Below, one piece after another: positions 10,389-20,427 of a stretch of 58,068 nt of DNA. Source of the DNA: a virus (Duplodnaviria; Caudoviricetes); IMG/VR virus record IMGVR_UViG_3300006947_000012, positions 1 through 58,068 of that record. One strand, 5' to 3'. The notes under the pieces are model-generated. The model was not told where the DNA came from and did not search any database. It saw nothing but the letters and a program-made list of their open reading frames with translations. Each line of letters begins with the position of its first letter. The first letter of the stretch is position 1. The translations under genes were made by a program, and so were the position numbers.

Positions 10389-12953
10389 TTATCCTTTTTT
10401 ATCTTCTATTGTTGCTTCAATGTTTGCAATTAACTCTTCGCCCTCAACTGTTGATATATAACTTTTATTCATTAGTTGTCTAATATTATCTATACCTTTC
10501 CTCTTATCTGTGCCGGTACCGCCCGCTATAGCTTTATTAATAACTAGCATTTGATTCTCAGCAGCTTTAAGTTGTTTAGTGTCTTTAATTTTAGTACTAA
10601 TAGCGTTTCTCATGTTCTGAGATAGAGCAATACTATTTTTAAGCATACTTGCTTTTGCATCATTATTAGCTACCTGATCGTTTCTATCGTTAGTTGTGTT
10701 AGCAGTGTCCGCTCTAAACTTAGCGTCCATGTTCATTTTCTTAGCAATATTATTTTGTTTTTTCTGCAATTCTGATTCTGTTTTAGCTATAGACCTTAAC
10801 GATCCTTGCCCTGCTTTTTGTGCAGCTATGATAGATGCCATACTTTTACCAGACTCTTGGCCCGCTTTTATATTAGCAACAGTTAATTGAGAGGTTCTTT
10901 CTTTATCATCTCCTAAGTCAACTGTCTCTGGAGTGTAAGAGCCCGGTTGTATTTTCTTAGATTTAACTTTTAACTCTCCTATTTTTTTGTTTTGTTTCTG
11001 AGCGTATCTATTAGCTTTCATAATACTAGCTATCTCTATAGCGTCTGTAATATTATTCATTCCTATTCTGTCTAAGAAGTTTTTCTTTGGTTCTTTGTCG
11101 TCAGGTGTAGTTTTGGCTTTTTGGTTTTCAGGTACTATATCTCCTTCCTCATTATAGTAATCTTCCTCAGCTGCCCACTCACCGTCTTTCCAAACATCTC
11201 CAAACGCTGTGTTAACTGCCCCCTCTTTTGGCATCCACCCTCCTTTATCTGTTCCATAGTTATTCTCTGTTCTAGTTGGGTCCCACTCTAAATCTTCAGG
11301 GTTAACTCCGTGCCCAGCGGCAGATCTAGCTCTATCATCGTTCATACCATCAATTGCTCCTTGAGTTTCATCCCCCATTTTACCATCAGCTCCATACTTA
11401 GGTAATCCATACCCCTTATCTAGTAGGTCGTTTTGCACAGATCTTGTCTCATCTGTTCCGTTATTAACACCTCCATCTCCAGGTGTAACCCCTTCAACAA
11501 CAACCTCTTCAGTAACTACTTCTTCAACTTGCTCCTCTACAGTAGGTGCAAGATCATTTACTCTTAGTATATCTGAATTATCTACATCATTAAACTTCTC
11601 ATCCGGGTAGTACCAACTTCCTTTCTCCCCGTACTTCCCAGAGAAATCTTGTTTTTGCACCCTACCGTTAAAGTAATTAGTTGTAATCTGGCCTCCTCTA
11701 GCGTTATTTCCAACCATATCCTCACCTTGAGAGATAACAGAGTTATTATCCCCTCTTACAGCTCCTGCCTCAAACCCTTCTGTGTCTAACATAGCTGTAG
11801 CAAACGTCCCTGCTCTCTTCATCCAGTTTGGCACACTCCAACTACTAGCAGTAGGGTTAGTGGTTGGTCTAGGTGCCCATCTTTGTGGAATACCTGACCC
11901 ACTCCCAAAAGGATTTCCAGGTATACCTCTACCAGACATAGGTAGACGGTTTGGTATACTAGGAAGTGTTGTTCCTGGAACGCTAGGTAAATATGAAGAA
12001 GTCACAGCTGGAAAGCCTCCTGTATAGTATTCTTCTGGCATTCTTCCTCTATACCCACCATCAGCTCTCACAGTCTGTTGGTGAAGTAACTCAGATTCAG
12101 AGATACGCCCTGCTTGTGCTGCGTTTATTTCTTGTGAAGGCATTCCTCCCATAAAGTACTTTTTCATTCCTCCGTCCTCCATATATGAAAGATCCTCCAA
12201 AGCTCCCATACCTAAGTTAGCCCCTCCTGTACCATACTCCTTCATTCCTCCATAAGCATGTGTAAAACCAGCCCCTTTTAATGAGTTATGCGCCCCTTCA
12301 TTTGTAGCAGATATTGTATACCCTGTTTTAGGATTAGTCATATCATGTGTTTTGTAACCTCCGTTCTCCATATATGGATTATTTCCACCCATACCGTATT
12401 CGTTCATACCTCCATTTTCAAGGTTAAATCTTTTCGCTGTGTCAGCAGAAACTTTACTTTTATCAGGTGCTTCTCCTCTTTTTCTTTTTGCGTGTACATT
12501 GTCCCAAAATCCTCTTTTACCACCAGACCCATACTCTTTACTCATACCTCCGTTAGCCGCTATATCTAAAGGACTTCCGTCTGGGTTCATGCTTTCATTA
12601 AGCTTAGCAAATTCTTGTTTAGTTTGTTGAGGTAAAGTACCTCCATTTTCAGCTTTAGCTTGTAGGTATCTTTGAGCAATTCCATTTTTATGTGACATAT
12701 AAAATTCTTGAGGGTTACCACCATTATCATAAATAGTAGTAATAACTTCTCCGGCCTTAGCTTGTCCATTTGGAGTATATCCTCCGCCTTCTAACTCTAC
12801 ATTAGAATTACGCAGCACACCTCCTTGATTATGTCCGGCCCCGTATACTACTTGGTCCCCACCTCCAGAATCTTTAATGTACCCACCTTTTTTATATTTT
12901 ACTTGACCGCTACTGTCTAAAGCCTTTCTAAGCCTATTTTTAAAATCGCTCAT
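10389..12953 (-). CDS. Cargo protein with repeated YxxGG motifs and a peptidoglycan-binding (PG_binding_1-like) segment, 854 aa
   Basis: GxxHxxGGV...VELEGG N-terminal motif typical of crAss-like cargo proteins; about ten YxxGG/xxNGG motifs; SVQNDLLDKGY...GADGKMGDETQGAI resembles PG_binding_1 (DGxxGxxT). Confidence 0.65.
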   Translation of the reverse strand: MSDFKNRLRKALDSSGQVKYKKGGYIKDSGGGDQVVYGAGHNQGGVLRNSNVELEGGGYTPNGQAKAGEVITTIYDNGGNPQEFYMSHKNGIAQRYLQAKAENGGTLPQQTKQEFAKLNESMNPDGSPLDIAANGGMSKEYGSGGKRGFWDNVHAKRKRGEAPDKSKVSADTAKRFNLENGGMNEYGMGGNNPYMENGGYKTHDMTNPKTGYTISATNEGAHNSLKGAGFTHAYGGMKEYGTGGANLGMGALEDLSYMEDGGMKKYFMGGMPSQEINAAQAGRISESELLHQQTVRADGGYRGRMPEEYYTGGFPAVTSSYLPSVPGTTLPSIPNRLPMSGRGIPGNPFGSGSGIPQRWAPRPTTNPTASSWSVPNWMKRAGTFATAMLDTEGFEAGAVRGDNNSVISQGEDMVGNNARGGQITTNYFNGRVQKQDFSGKYGEKGSWYYPDEKFNDVDNSDILRVNDLAPTVEEQVEEVVTEEVVVEGVTPGDGGVNNGTDETRSVQNDLLDKGYGLPKYGADGKMGDETQGAIDGMNDDRARSAAGHGVNPEDLEWDPTRTENNYGTDKGGWMPKEGAVNTAFGDVWKDGEWAAEEDYYNEEGDIVPENQKAKTTPDDKEPKKNFLDRIGMNNITDAIEIASIMKANRYAQKQNKKIGELKVKSKKIQPGSYTPETVDLGDDKERTSQLTVANIKAGQESGKSMASIIAAQKAGQGSLRSIAKTESELQKKQNNIAKKMNMDAKFRADTANTTNDRNDQVANNDAKASMLKNSIALSQNMRNAISTKIKDTKQLKAAENQMLVINKAIAGGTGTDKRKGIDNIRQLMNKSYISTVEGEELIANIEATIEDKKG

Positions 12954-12965
12954 TATTTATTATTA

Positions 12966-14141
12966 TTATATGTTATATTTAAAACCTCCTAGTGCGCCTG
13001 AACCATAAACAGCTCTTTTACCATATCTTGATTTTTGAGATCCCTGTGCTTTAGAATTAGCTAGTACGTCTGCAGTATGCTCATTTTCTAATTTAGTTTG
13101 TGCTTTTGTTAATTTTCTTTTTTCTTTTCCAGCTTCTCTTTTTAACTTATTTCTTCTAGCCCATTGAGACCCTATATCGAATATTTGCATTCCAGCCCCT
13201 ATCCAATCAAAGGTAACTAAATCTAAAGCTAAACTAGCTACATCAGTTCCAACTTCTGCTGCAGTATACGTAGAATCATCATTATCATCGCTTAAGTAAT
13301 GTAACCCCAGGTCAACAGGCACTGTCCAAAGACCTCCTGACACAGGAGCTGTCGCACTTCCTGCAACTTTACCTCCTACATCTGTTGCTACATCTGTTGC
13401 TACATCTGTTGCTACATCTGTTGCTACTTTCCCTACTACTTCATTAGTAGCTTTATCTACTACTTGGTCTCCAACTGCCTTATAGAATTCAGAATTATAA
13501 CTTGCATTAACCCCAGAAATAGTGCCTGAAGGAATTGCTGAGCTTGCAGCTTCTATAGTATTAATGCCAGATTCAAGCTCTGGATAGTAGGTTTCTCCTT
13601 GTGGGACAGCGAAACTTTGAGGCTCAGTTTTTGCACTACTTACCTGAGGGTTAGCTGCTTCATATCTCATATTAGCGTCTGATAAACCTTGGTCAGTAGC
13701 ATATTGCCCTATACCTCCAGGATCATTTAATGTTGCTGAGCTTGCGTCATACCCCCCACTTAAATCTCTTGTAAATTCTGGAGATACATCTCCCCTACCC
13801 GTGAATTTATCCGTTATTGAGGAATTAATATTATTTCTATAGGATTTACCATTATCTCCTTTCCCAGAAAGACTAAAATTAATACCACTTTTTATTTGGG
13901 ATTGAAGTGCCTTGTTTTCTTGTATTTTCTGATTAGAAAGTTGGAGATTAGTTTTATAATCTGAAATTAGTACTTCTTGATTTTGATTATAAGTATTAGT
14001 AGTAGCAGTTTGTAAAGCGTTGATTCGTTCCGCATCAGCTTGGGCCTCATAAGTATTAGACCCATAGTCTGAGAACCCATATCCACCAGTATTATATTGT
14101 TTACGTATTTTTTTAGGTGTGTATTTTGATTTATAATTCAT
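12966..14141 (-). CDS. Putative cargo/ejection protein with C-terminal hydrophobic segments, ~391 aa
   Basis: ATG at 14141 follows the muzzle stop (TAA-A-ATG) and is preferred to the overlapping 14171 start; KQYNTGG motif; DVAT repeats; hydrophobic VASLALDLVTFDWIGAGMQIF followed by a basic helix. Confidence 0.6.
   Translation of the reverse strand: MNYKSKYTPKKIRKQYNTGGYGFSDYGSNTYEAQADAERINALQTATTNTYNQNQEVLISDYKTNLQLSNQKIQENKALQSQIKSGINFSLSGKGDNGKSYRNNINSSITDKFTGRGDVSPEFTRDLSGGYDASSATLNDPGGIGQYATDQGLSDANMRYEAANPQVSSAKTEPQSFAVPQGETYYPELESGINTIEAASSAIPSGTISGVNASYNSEFYKAVGDQVVDKATNEVVGKVATDVATDVATDVATDVGGKVAGSATAPVSGGLWTVPVDLGLHYLSDDNDDSTYTAAEVGTDVASLALDLVTFDWIGAGMQIFDIGSQWARRNKLKREAGKEKRKLTKAQTKLENEHTADVLANSKAQGSQKSRYGKRAVYGSGALGGFKYNI
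13377..13424. repeat. Perfect 12-bp tandem repeat (TACATCTGTTGC)x4 encoding (ATDV)4
   Basis: Four exact copies read directly from the sequence. Confidence 0.95.
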
Positions 14142-14142
14142 T

Positions 14143-17100
14143 TTATCTATATGTTTTACGTTTTGACGCACCTGCAGAATGCAAAGTTACTAAAAATTTT
14201 CCAGTATTACTAGCAATATCATTATTTCTATTCTGCACTAGTCTTACAGCTATCCATTTATCTACAAACTTTCTTCTCGTATTCCAAACTTTAGAACCTA
14301 AAGAGTTTAATTGTATATTAATATCTGCTAATAATAAATTTGTTGATAAGATAGGGTTGTCTATAGGAGCATCTAAAGTAGTATTAGCTGTCAGAGTGCT
14401 TTGATTTCTATCGTCTCTAAACCCGTTAACATACCAAGTTCTTTCTTTTCTTCTTACATTTGCAGTAGACCAAAGTTGATTATTAGTTCCTTCAGGTTCT
14501 ATCAGAGTAGCTCCCCCTGTTAATTGATGACTATTATACACATAGAAATAATCAAATCCTGAATCATGCACTTCATGCCTTACTCCGCCCTCATCGTTAG
14601 ATGGCACCTCTATGTCTGCAGTATAGTAAAAATTAGAATATAATTTATTATCATCAGGCGCTTCATTATCTATATATTCAAATACTATATCATAGTCCAC
14701 GCCATAGTATCTTCCTATATTATAAAGAACACCCGCACTATTTCCTTTAGGTAAATTTGCAAGAGAACTACCTCTTTCATGGTTATGCTCATACAACTTT
14801 GACCCAAAAAAGCCGTAAAAATTAGTGGTAGTGTAAAAATACGTGTTAGGGTAAAAATCGTGCAGAGATCCCCATATTTTTAAAGCTGGATAATAAGATA
14901 TTGTCCAAGATGCATCTTCAAAATAAATAGCATCATCCCAATCAATAAGATCGGCAGTGTCAGTATTTATAAAGTGCCTAGAGTACTCGTTCCAATCTAA
15001 ATCCCCTGCTGTATGCAAACTTATAAATGCATCTGTAGGCATTTTATCTAACTTAGTTAAAATAAATCTAGCATACTTAGGGTCCCATGTAGATATTATA
15101 CCTATACCTATAGTGGGTATATCTATATTAGATGGAAGTCCATACTCCAATAACGACCAAGATGTTAATCTTCTTAGTAAAAACTCTTTTAACCCGTAGT
15201 TAGAGACTTCCTCTAACTCCTTAGCTAGTAAAAAAACTTTACCTGTCATCTTATCTACGGAAAAATGTCCATACCTACTTGTAGCAACACTAAACTGTGA
15301 TAAAGTACCACCGTACCCTCTGTCCGTGAACAACACTTCGTCTGGCTCATTTTCAAATAAATCACCACTCCCAAGAGCTACTGATGAAGTATCTGATAGG
15401 TTAAGATCTTCTTTACCTTTTGTTTTAAGTAGGGATCTTTCTAGAATAGGTAGCAGTACATTATCAAAAGACGATAGGTTCCATAACTCTCCTCTGTTTC
15501 TAGGCAGGTCCCTGTATTGTTCTGGCTTATACGTTCTAAAATTATCTACAAGACCTTCCCGGTTGTGCTTAACACTTCTAATAATTCTTGTTGGATAATC
15601 CGCTATTGAGGCTGTTACGTTCAGGTGATCAAAAGGTATAGTACCTTTTATGTCATTTAACGAATCCATAGTTGTATCATAACTAAAAATTCTAAAGGAG
15701 TTTACAAAATTATTATTTTGTTTAGAAGACTCGCGTTTAACAAGAGGATAAAAATCTTCATTATCATTTCCTAGAGAATATCTTTGGGAGATATTTACTT
15801 TAGACTCTGTTATATACATCTGCTGACAGTAATCTGTAGATGTTTTTCCTGAAACCGCTCCTAAATAGCCATAAGAATAATGTGTGTACCACTCTGTTGC
15901 TGGCCAAAGACCGCTCTGAGGATGCTTCCAACCCTCTTGCTGCATATGTCGTGTTTCTGTATAGTAATCTATAAATGTATCCCCTCCAAATATGATGTCT
16001 GCATTACTGGCTGGTGTAGGGGTGCCTGTCATATTAACATAAGAAGAAGAATTTATAGTAGACACATCATGAGTATATCCTGTGTATATTAAACTGTACT
16101 GACTGCTAAAAGGAGAGTATACATCTGGAATGTATTTATGCACTCCACCATATGCATGATATTGAGCTATATGGCTGTGCTGGTCATATGACTGGTATGT
16201 ATCATTACTGTGGGTTGTAGCGCGCCATTGCTCAGCAATTACCCATCCTTCCTCCCATGTATTCCCACCTTGACCGTTAGGTTTACCTATAGATAACGCA
16301 TAAGTAGTTGTACCACAACCTCCAACAGTAAAATTCTGCAGACCTACATCCCATGCGCCATTACCAAATAAATCATAATCCTGTAGACCAACATTAAGAG
16401 CCGCGTTAACCATGTCCTTAGTAAAACATGAAGTTGCAGGACCACAATTCATATACGTAGCTCGGTTTTGAGTTTGGTATACATTTTTAACTGTCCTACC
16501 CATATCTAAAGACCATATAGGTCTATTAGCGTACAAAAAAGTAGTTTGACATCCTCCTATATTATTTACGTTTGTGCTTGTACCAGGAATAGAAACAGTT
16601 TCATTACTCTTTATATTATATTTTGCTTTTAATGATCTTATATTAGGAACTTTGCCTGGCGCTATACCAACAACATCATAGTCAGGCCCTGGTAAACTAT
16701 TACCAGTTTTTGATGCATAGTGCTCATAAGGCATACGCGTCCAGTCTAAAAACCAAGATATTTTATTAGTACTAGAATAATCTAGGCCTGTCTCATCACT
16801 TCTAAGAATAGTTACTCCTGCCATACGGCCATTGGTATCATCTGTCCTTCCTATCCTTAAATGTCTAGTTATTTTTATATAATCTATCCCAGAAATATCA
16901 GGATCACTCACCCGCATGTGAAGACCGTTAAAAGTCATACACTCTCCTTTAGCAGCCCAATCATCTCTGTCCAGATACCCACTCCACTTAGTAGTTTTAA
17001 CGTCATTGTACGGGGCGTGGGTACAGCTAAAAGGCGTTGCGACTACAGATCCTCCTAAATCTGGCGGGGACTGTATCATATATTCTAAACAAGGTAGTCC

Positions 17101-19068
17101 AAAAGTAGCAAAATTTAAATAGCACGGACCGTTAACAGGAACATTAGATATTGAGTTATCGTAACTGCTGTAAGTGTCGTAAGTGGTCTCTGAATAACCC
17201 CATGTAGAATTAGACGGCCCACTATGATAGCTGGGGGTAAAATTAAACACTCCTGTGTCTACAACAGTAGTATTGATCTCCTCTCGTTTAGCGTAGTATA
17301 TTTTAAAAGCTTTTACTTTACCTATTAATTCATCAGGAATAGCTACATTCCTAACTTGAAACCCTAAAGGATTCATTACAGTATCACTATTATTAGAATT
17401 AGTTGTTGCGTATATATGGTTAGATCCTTCCTGAAGAGCTGATGAAGGAAAATGGTGGTGCCTTACAGGTGTATTACGTAAATCTTCCTGCGCTACCCCG
17501 TCCTTATCCCGGGCCACATAATTAATATTGTTAGGGTAGTCTTCTCCTTCGTTTTCCCAGTACCCCATACCTGTAGCATTACCCCAAGCACTTCTTGTAG
17601 TAACCTTACCTATCATAGGGTTATTTAGATCGCCACTTTCAGTAGTAGCAGGGATTGGAGTACTACCATTAACATCGTCTACACGATGATTCTCTTTTAA
17701 GGTTGTTCCTGAAGTTGAATGTATAGCATAAGCAGCTGGTATATTATCCGCACTCCTACCTGGTATATGATACGCTACAGTTTCATTACCATCATTCATA
17801 ACCCAAGTTATATAAAAAGCATAAACCTCGTCTCTTTGGTATCCTTTGTATTTAGTAGTATGCTCAGCGTCCCTGCCAGGAGCGGATAGTACATCCCACT
17901 CTACACTTTCTCCATTAATAATAGTAGCATCGTCAAAAGATGGATTTGCTTCAGCAGCGTGTATTGTTATATTGCAGGCATATCGTTGATAATTAATATC
18001 TGGTTGTTTTCTAACTAAATTACCCCAGTATAATACATCATCTACCTGAGCAACTGTTTTAGCTCTAATGTAACTTTGTCTAGGAATTTGTATATCATCT
18101 AACAACTCTGTAGAACTCACCTCTGTTCCTGTATAAGTTATATTTAAATTCTGCCCACTACTATATGGTTTATCAGACAGTCGTATAGCAGTATAGGATC
18201 CGTTAACATTTAGTATAATAGCGGGTCTTATAAATGCATAATTAGGATCTAAATTAGATACATCCCAAGATATACCCTTACCTGTAGGAATTCCCCCTTC
18301 ATTTCCACCGTAAGAACTTCCTGGGTAGGCAGCTGCAGATCCTCCTGAAGATACAAACCCATTAGTAGTTGTTCCAGTATACCCTACATCTACCTTAGCT
18401 TGATTTTCACTAGCTACATTTATATATGTAGTGTTAGACACATTAATATAATTAGTTGGAGTTCCTTCTAAGTTTACATATGCTACTGCCAAAGTATATG
18501 CCCCTGTAAGAAGCCCTCCCCCAATAATAGTTTTAAAGTCTATAATGGGGATTTTATCCACGTTTGGGAATACGTACAGAGTAGCCAAATCAAAAACAGT
18601 ACCTGTAGTTGGTGGGTTATACAACCGTATAAATTTCATCTCTGAATTATCATCAGTCCAATATATAGAAACCTTATTAGTGGAATCTATTTTATATGTT
18701 CCCTGTATAGGGTGCGTTCGTCTAAAGTTTAATGATTCTTGACCTGAAGAAGCTTGCGCAGAATCGTTAAATATTATAGTATAAGAATTAGATACCACAT
18801 CAAATAAACCAATTTCAGAAGTACCTATGGCGGTAACAGGATTTGTAAGGTCTGGTCTAACTGAGAATATAACTACAGTATCATCATGAAGAACAATAGA
18901 CCCCACAGCGTGATACCCATTAGATATATTTGCTACCTTTATAGTTCCGTGCTCAGACTGAATTGATCCTGAATTAGGTGGTATAACTATATTTTTAGCA
19001 TATCTCCAAGTTCCTACAGGTTGATCTACAGGGTTGGTATCTCTATGCATTCCTTTTAAAAATTTCAT
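14143..19068 (-). CDS. Tail muzzle / stabilisation protein (crAss-like), 1641 aa
   Basis: N-terminus GMHRDTNPVDQPVGTWRYAKN typical of podophage tail tubular B/P22 gp10-like proteins; IYWTD, LYWGN, GYQRDEVYAFYI, IFGGDTFI and YPTRIIRS motifs; sits just upstream of cargo genes. Confidence 0.8.
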   Translation of the reverse strand: MKFLKGMHRDTNPVDQPVGTWRYAKNIVIPPNSGSIQSEHGTIKVANISNGYHAVGSIVLHDDTVVIFSVRPDLTNPVTAIGTSEIGLFDVVSNSYTIIFNDSAQASSGQESLNFRRTHPIQGTYKIDSTNKVSIYWTDDNSEMKFIRLYNPPTTGTVFDLATLYVFPNVDKIPIIDFKTIIGGGLLTGAYTLAVAYVNLEGTPTNYINVSNTTYINVASENQAKVDVGYTGTTTNGFVSSGGSAAAYPGSSYGGNEGGIPTGKGISWDVSNLDPNYAFIRPAIILNVNGSYTAIRLSDKPYSSGQNLNITYTGTEVSSTELLDDIQIPRQSYIRAKTVAQVDDVLYWGNLVRKQPDINYQRYACNITIHAAEANPSFDDATIINGESVEWDVLSAPGRDAEHTTKYKGYQRDEVYAFYITWVMNDGNETVAYHIPGRSADNIPAAYAIHSTSGTTLKENHRVDDVNGSTPIPATTESGDLNNPMIGKVTTRSAWGNATGMGYWENEGEDYPNNINYVARDKDGVAQEDLRNTPVRHHHFPSSALQEGSNHIYATTNSNNSDTVMNPLGFQVRNVAIPDELIGKVKAFKIYYAKREEINTTVVDTGVFNFTPSYHSGPSNSTWGYSETTYDTYSSYDNSISNVPVNGPCYLNFATFGLPCLEYMIQSPPDLGGSVVATPFSCTHAPYNDVKTTKWSGYLDRDDWAAKGECMTFNGLHMRVSDPDISGIDYIKITRHLRIGRTDDTNGRMAGVTILRSDETGLDYSSTNKISWFLDWTRMPYEHYASKTGNSLPGPDYDVVGIAPGKVPNIRSLKAKYNIKSNETVSIPGTSTNVNNIGGCQTTFLYANRPIWSLDMGRTVKNVYQTQNRATYMNCGPATSCFTKDMVNAALNVGLQDYDLFGNGAWDVGLQNFTVGGCGTTTYALSIGKPNGQGGNTWEEGWVIAEQWRATTHSNDTYQSYDQHSHIAQYHAYGGVHKYIPDVYSPFSSQYSLIYTGYTHDVSTINSSSYVNMTGTPTPASNADIIFGGDTFIDYYTETRHMQQEGWKHPQSGLWPATEWYTHYSYGYLGAVSGKTSTDYCQQMYITESKVNISQRYSLGNDNEDFYPLVKRESSKQNNNFVNSFRIFSYDTTMDSLNDIKGTIPFDHLNVTASIADYPTRIIRSVKHNREGLVDNFRTYKPEQYRDLPRNRGELWNLSSFDNVLLPILERSLLKTKGKEDLNLSDTSSVALGSGDLFENEPDEVLFTDRGYGGTLSQFSVATSRYGHFSVDKMTGKVFLLAKELEEVSNYGLKEFLLRRLTSWSLLEYGLPSNIDIPTIGIGIISTWDPKYARFILTKLDKMPTDAFISLHTAGDLDWNEYSRHFINTDTADLIDWDDAIYFEDASWTISYYPALKIWGSLHDFYPNTYFYTTTNFYGFFGSKLYEHNHERGSSLANLPKGNSAGVLYNIGRYYGVDYDIVFEYIDNEAPDDNKLYSNFYYTADIEVPSNDEGGVRHEVHDSGFDYFYVYNSHQLTGGATLIEPEGTNNQLWSTANVRRKERTWYVNGFRDDRNQSTLTANTTLDAPIDNPILSTNLLLADINIQLNSLGSKVWNTRRKFVDKWIAVRLVQNRNNDIASNTGKFLVTLHSAGASKRKTYR

Positions 19069-19069
19069 A

Positions 19070-19948
19070 TTATAAATCTAATTTTCTACTTAGTTGTTCT
19101 CTTGTATTTAATTGCTCAAAGTTACTGTCATGTGCGCTCATGTCTGGAACCATCCTAACCCATTGATTCATAAAGCTTTCCATCCTATCAATGTCAGGAT
19201 AGTTAGCTGAATTCCTAGCCTGTGTGCAATAATATTTCCATTGACCTTCAGCCATAGCATAGTCTATTCCATTAGGTTTTGAATTTGGATCTCCTAGTAA
19301 TAATTTTTTATATACATACCAAAACATAGCTTCTTTAAAACTAATGTCATTTGGTACCATTGGGTAACATTCTTCATCTGTTGGGAATGCCATATAACTT
19401 AAGCATATAGTACCTGTTATAAAAGATGTTTTTATTTTACCTCCATTTATAAAATACGATTCTTTACCGCTAGCATTTCTATTTATACATTTATCACAGT
19501 GCAAGGATACAGGAAATTCTGAAGTAGAGTAAGCTAAAGGAGTTAGTTGATCTGGGTTTTTCCAGTACATGCTCTCTAATATTGCTAACCTTGAATTTAA
19601 TTTAAATAATTCTGAGTTAACTTCTTGTGTAGGATCTGCATCTAGTAAAGCTTTTATAGAAGCTATCTGAGTTGTTATAAGGTTTAATTCAGAACTTGTA
19701 CTGCTTGTTATTGATTCGTTTATACCAACTAAATTAATATAATATAAATCAGAAGGTAAACATGTAGTATACTCTGAAACAGTTAAAGTGCACACTTTCT
19801 TTTCTAGTTGAGGGGCTGCCCCTATATGTTCTAAAGCTTCTCCAATCCATTCTACAGCATCGTCTACCCAGTTATCATTACTAAGTTTCAGATCTCTCAT
19901 GATTTTCCTGATAATCACTTTGGATGATATATTGTTATATACTGCAAT
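19070..19948 (-). CDS. Tail ring (adaptor/tubular) protein; probable ATT start at 19948, track start GTG 19918
   Basis: EWIGEALEHIG, LPSDLY, ICLSYMAFPTDEECYPMVP, EAMFWY resemble crAss-like ring proteins; adjacent to muzzle. Confidence 0.7.
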   Translation of the reverse strand: MAVYNNISSKVIIRKIMRDLKLSNDNWVDDAVEWIGEALEHIGAAPQLEKKVCTLTVSEYTTCLPSDLYYINLVGINESITSSTSSELNLITTQIASIKALLDADPTQEVNSELFKLNSRLAILESMYWKNPDQLTPLAYSTSEFPVSLHCDKCINRNASGKESYFINGGKIKTSFITGTICLSYMAFPTDEECYPMVPNDISFKEAMFWYVYKKLLLGDPNSKPNGIDYAMAEGQWKYYCTQARNSANYPDIDRMESFMNQWVRMVPDMSAHDSNFEQLNTREQLSRKLDL

Positions 19949-20427
19949 TATTTATATTTTTTAAATTTAAGATACGCCAACTCGTTTGATTTTAATATAC
20001 TAGTTAATTTTTCTTTGTTTCCTTTAACACCTCTTGTAGCATCAAACCTATATACAGATTTATTTGGTACAGAACATTTACCTTTTCTCCAGTAGTACTT
20101 ATAATAGTTTTCATCTGTAAAATATATTTGCCATTTAACTCCTTCTCCGCTGTCTTTATTATATAGCTTTGATCCTGCAAGTTTAAGCTCCTCTTTATAT
20201 TTATTTGATTCTGACCAATCTACTCTTGGGGATCTAGGGTCTCTCTTCATTCTTACAATAGACAATGTAGATAGGTTATACCCCATATTAAATTCTTTAC
20301 CTTCTAATATATACTCAACTGCTAACATATTAAACTCACTGCAAATATCTTTAAATAGTATTTTATCTACAGAATTATCTACGTTTTTAGTATAGTCATT
20401 ATATATATGTGATAAAGTATAATTCAT
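19948..20427 (-). CDS. crAss-like conserved IHF/HU-related protein, 159 aa
   Basis: Helical N-terminus, EGKEFNMGYNLSTLSI, VDW, YYWRK and YRF motifs; IHF-like genes occupy this tail-module position in crAss-like phages. Confidence 0.5.
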   Translation of the reverse strand: MNYTLSHIYNDYTKNVDNSVDKILFKDICSEFNMLAVEYILEGKEFNMGYNLSTLSIVRMKRDPRSPRVDWSESNKYKEELKLAGSKLYNKDSGEGVKWQIYFTDENYYKYYWRKGKCSVPNKSVYRFDATRGVKGNKEKLTSILKSNELAYLKFKKYK

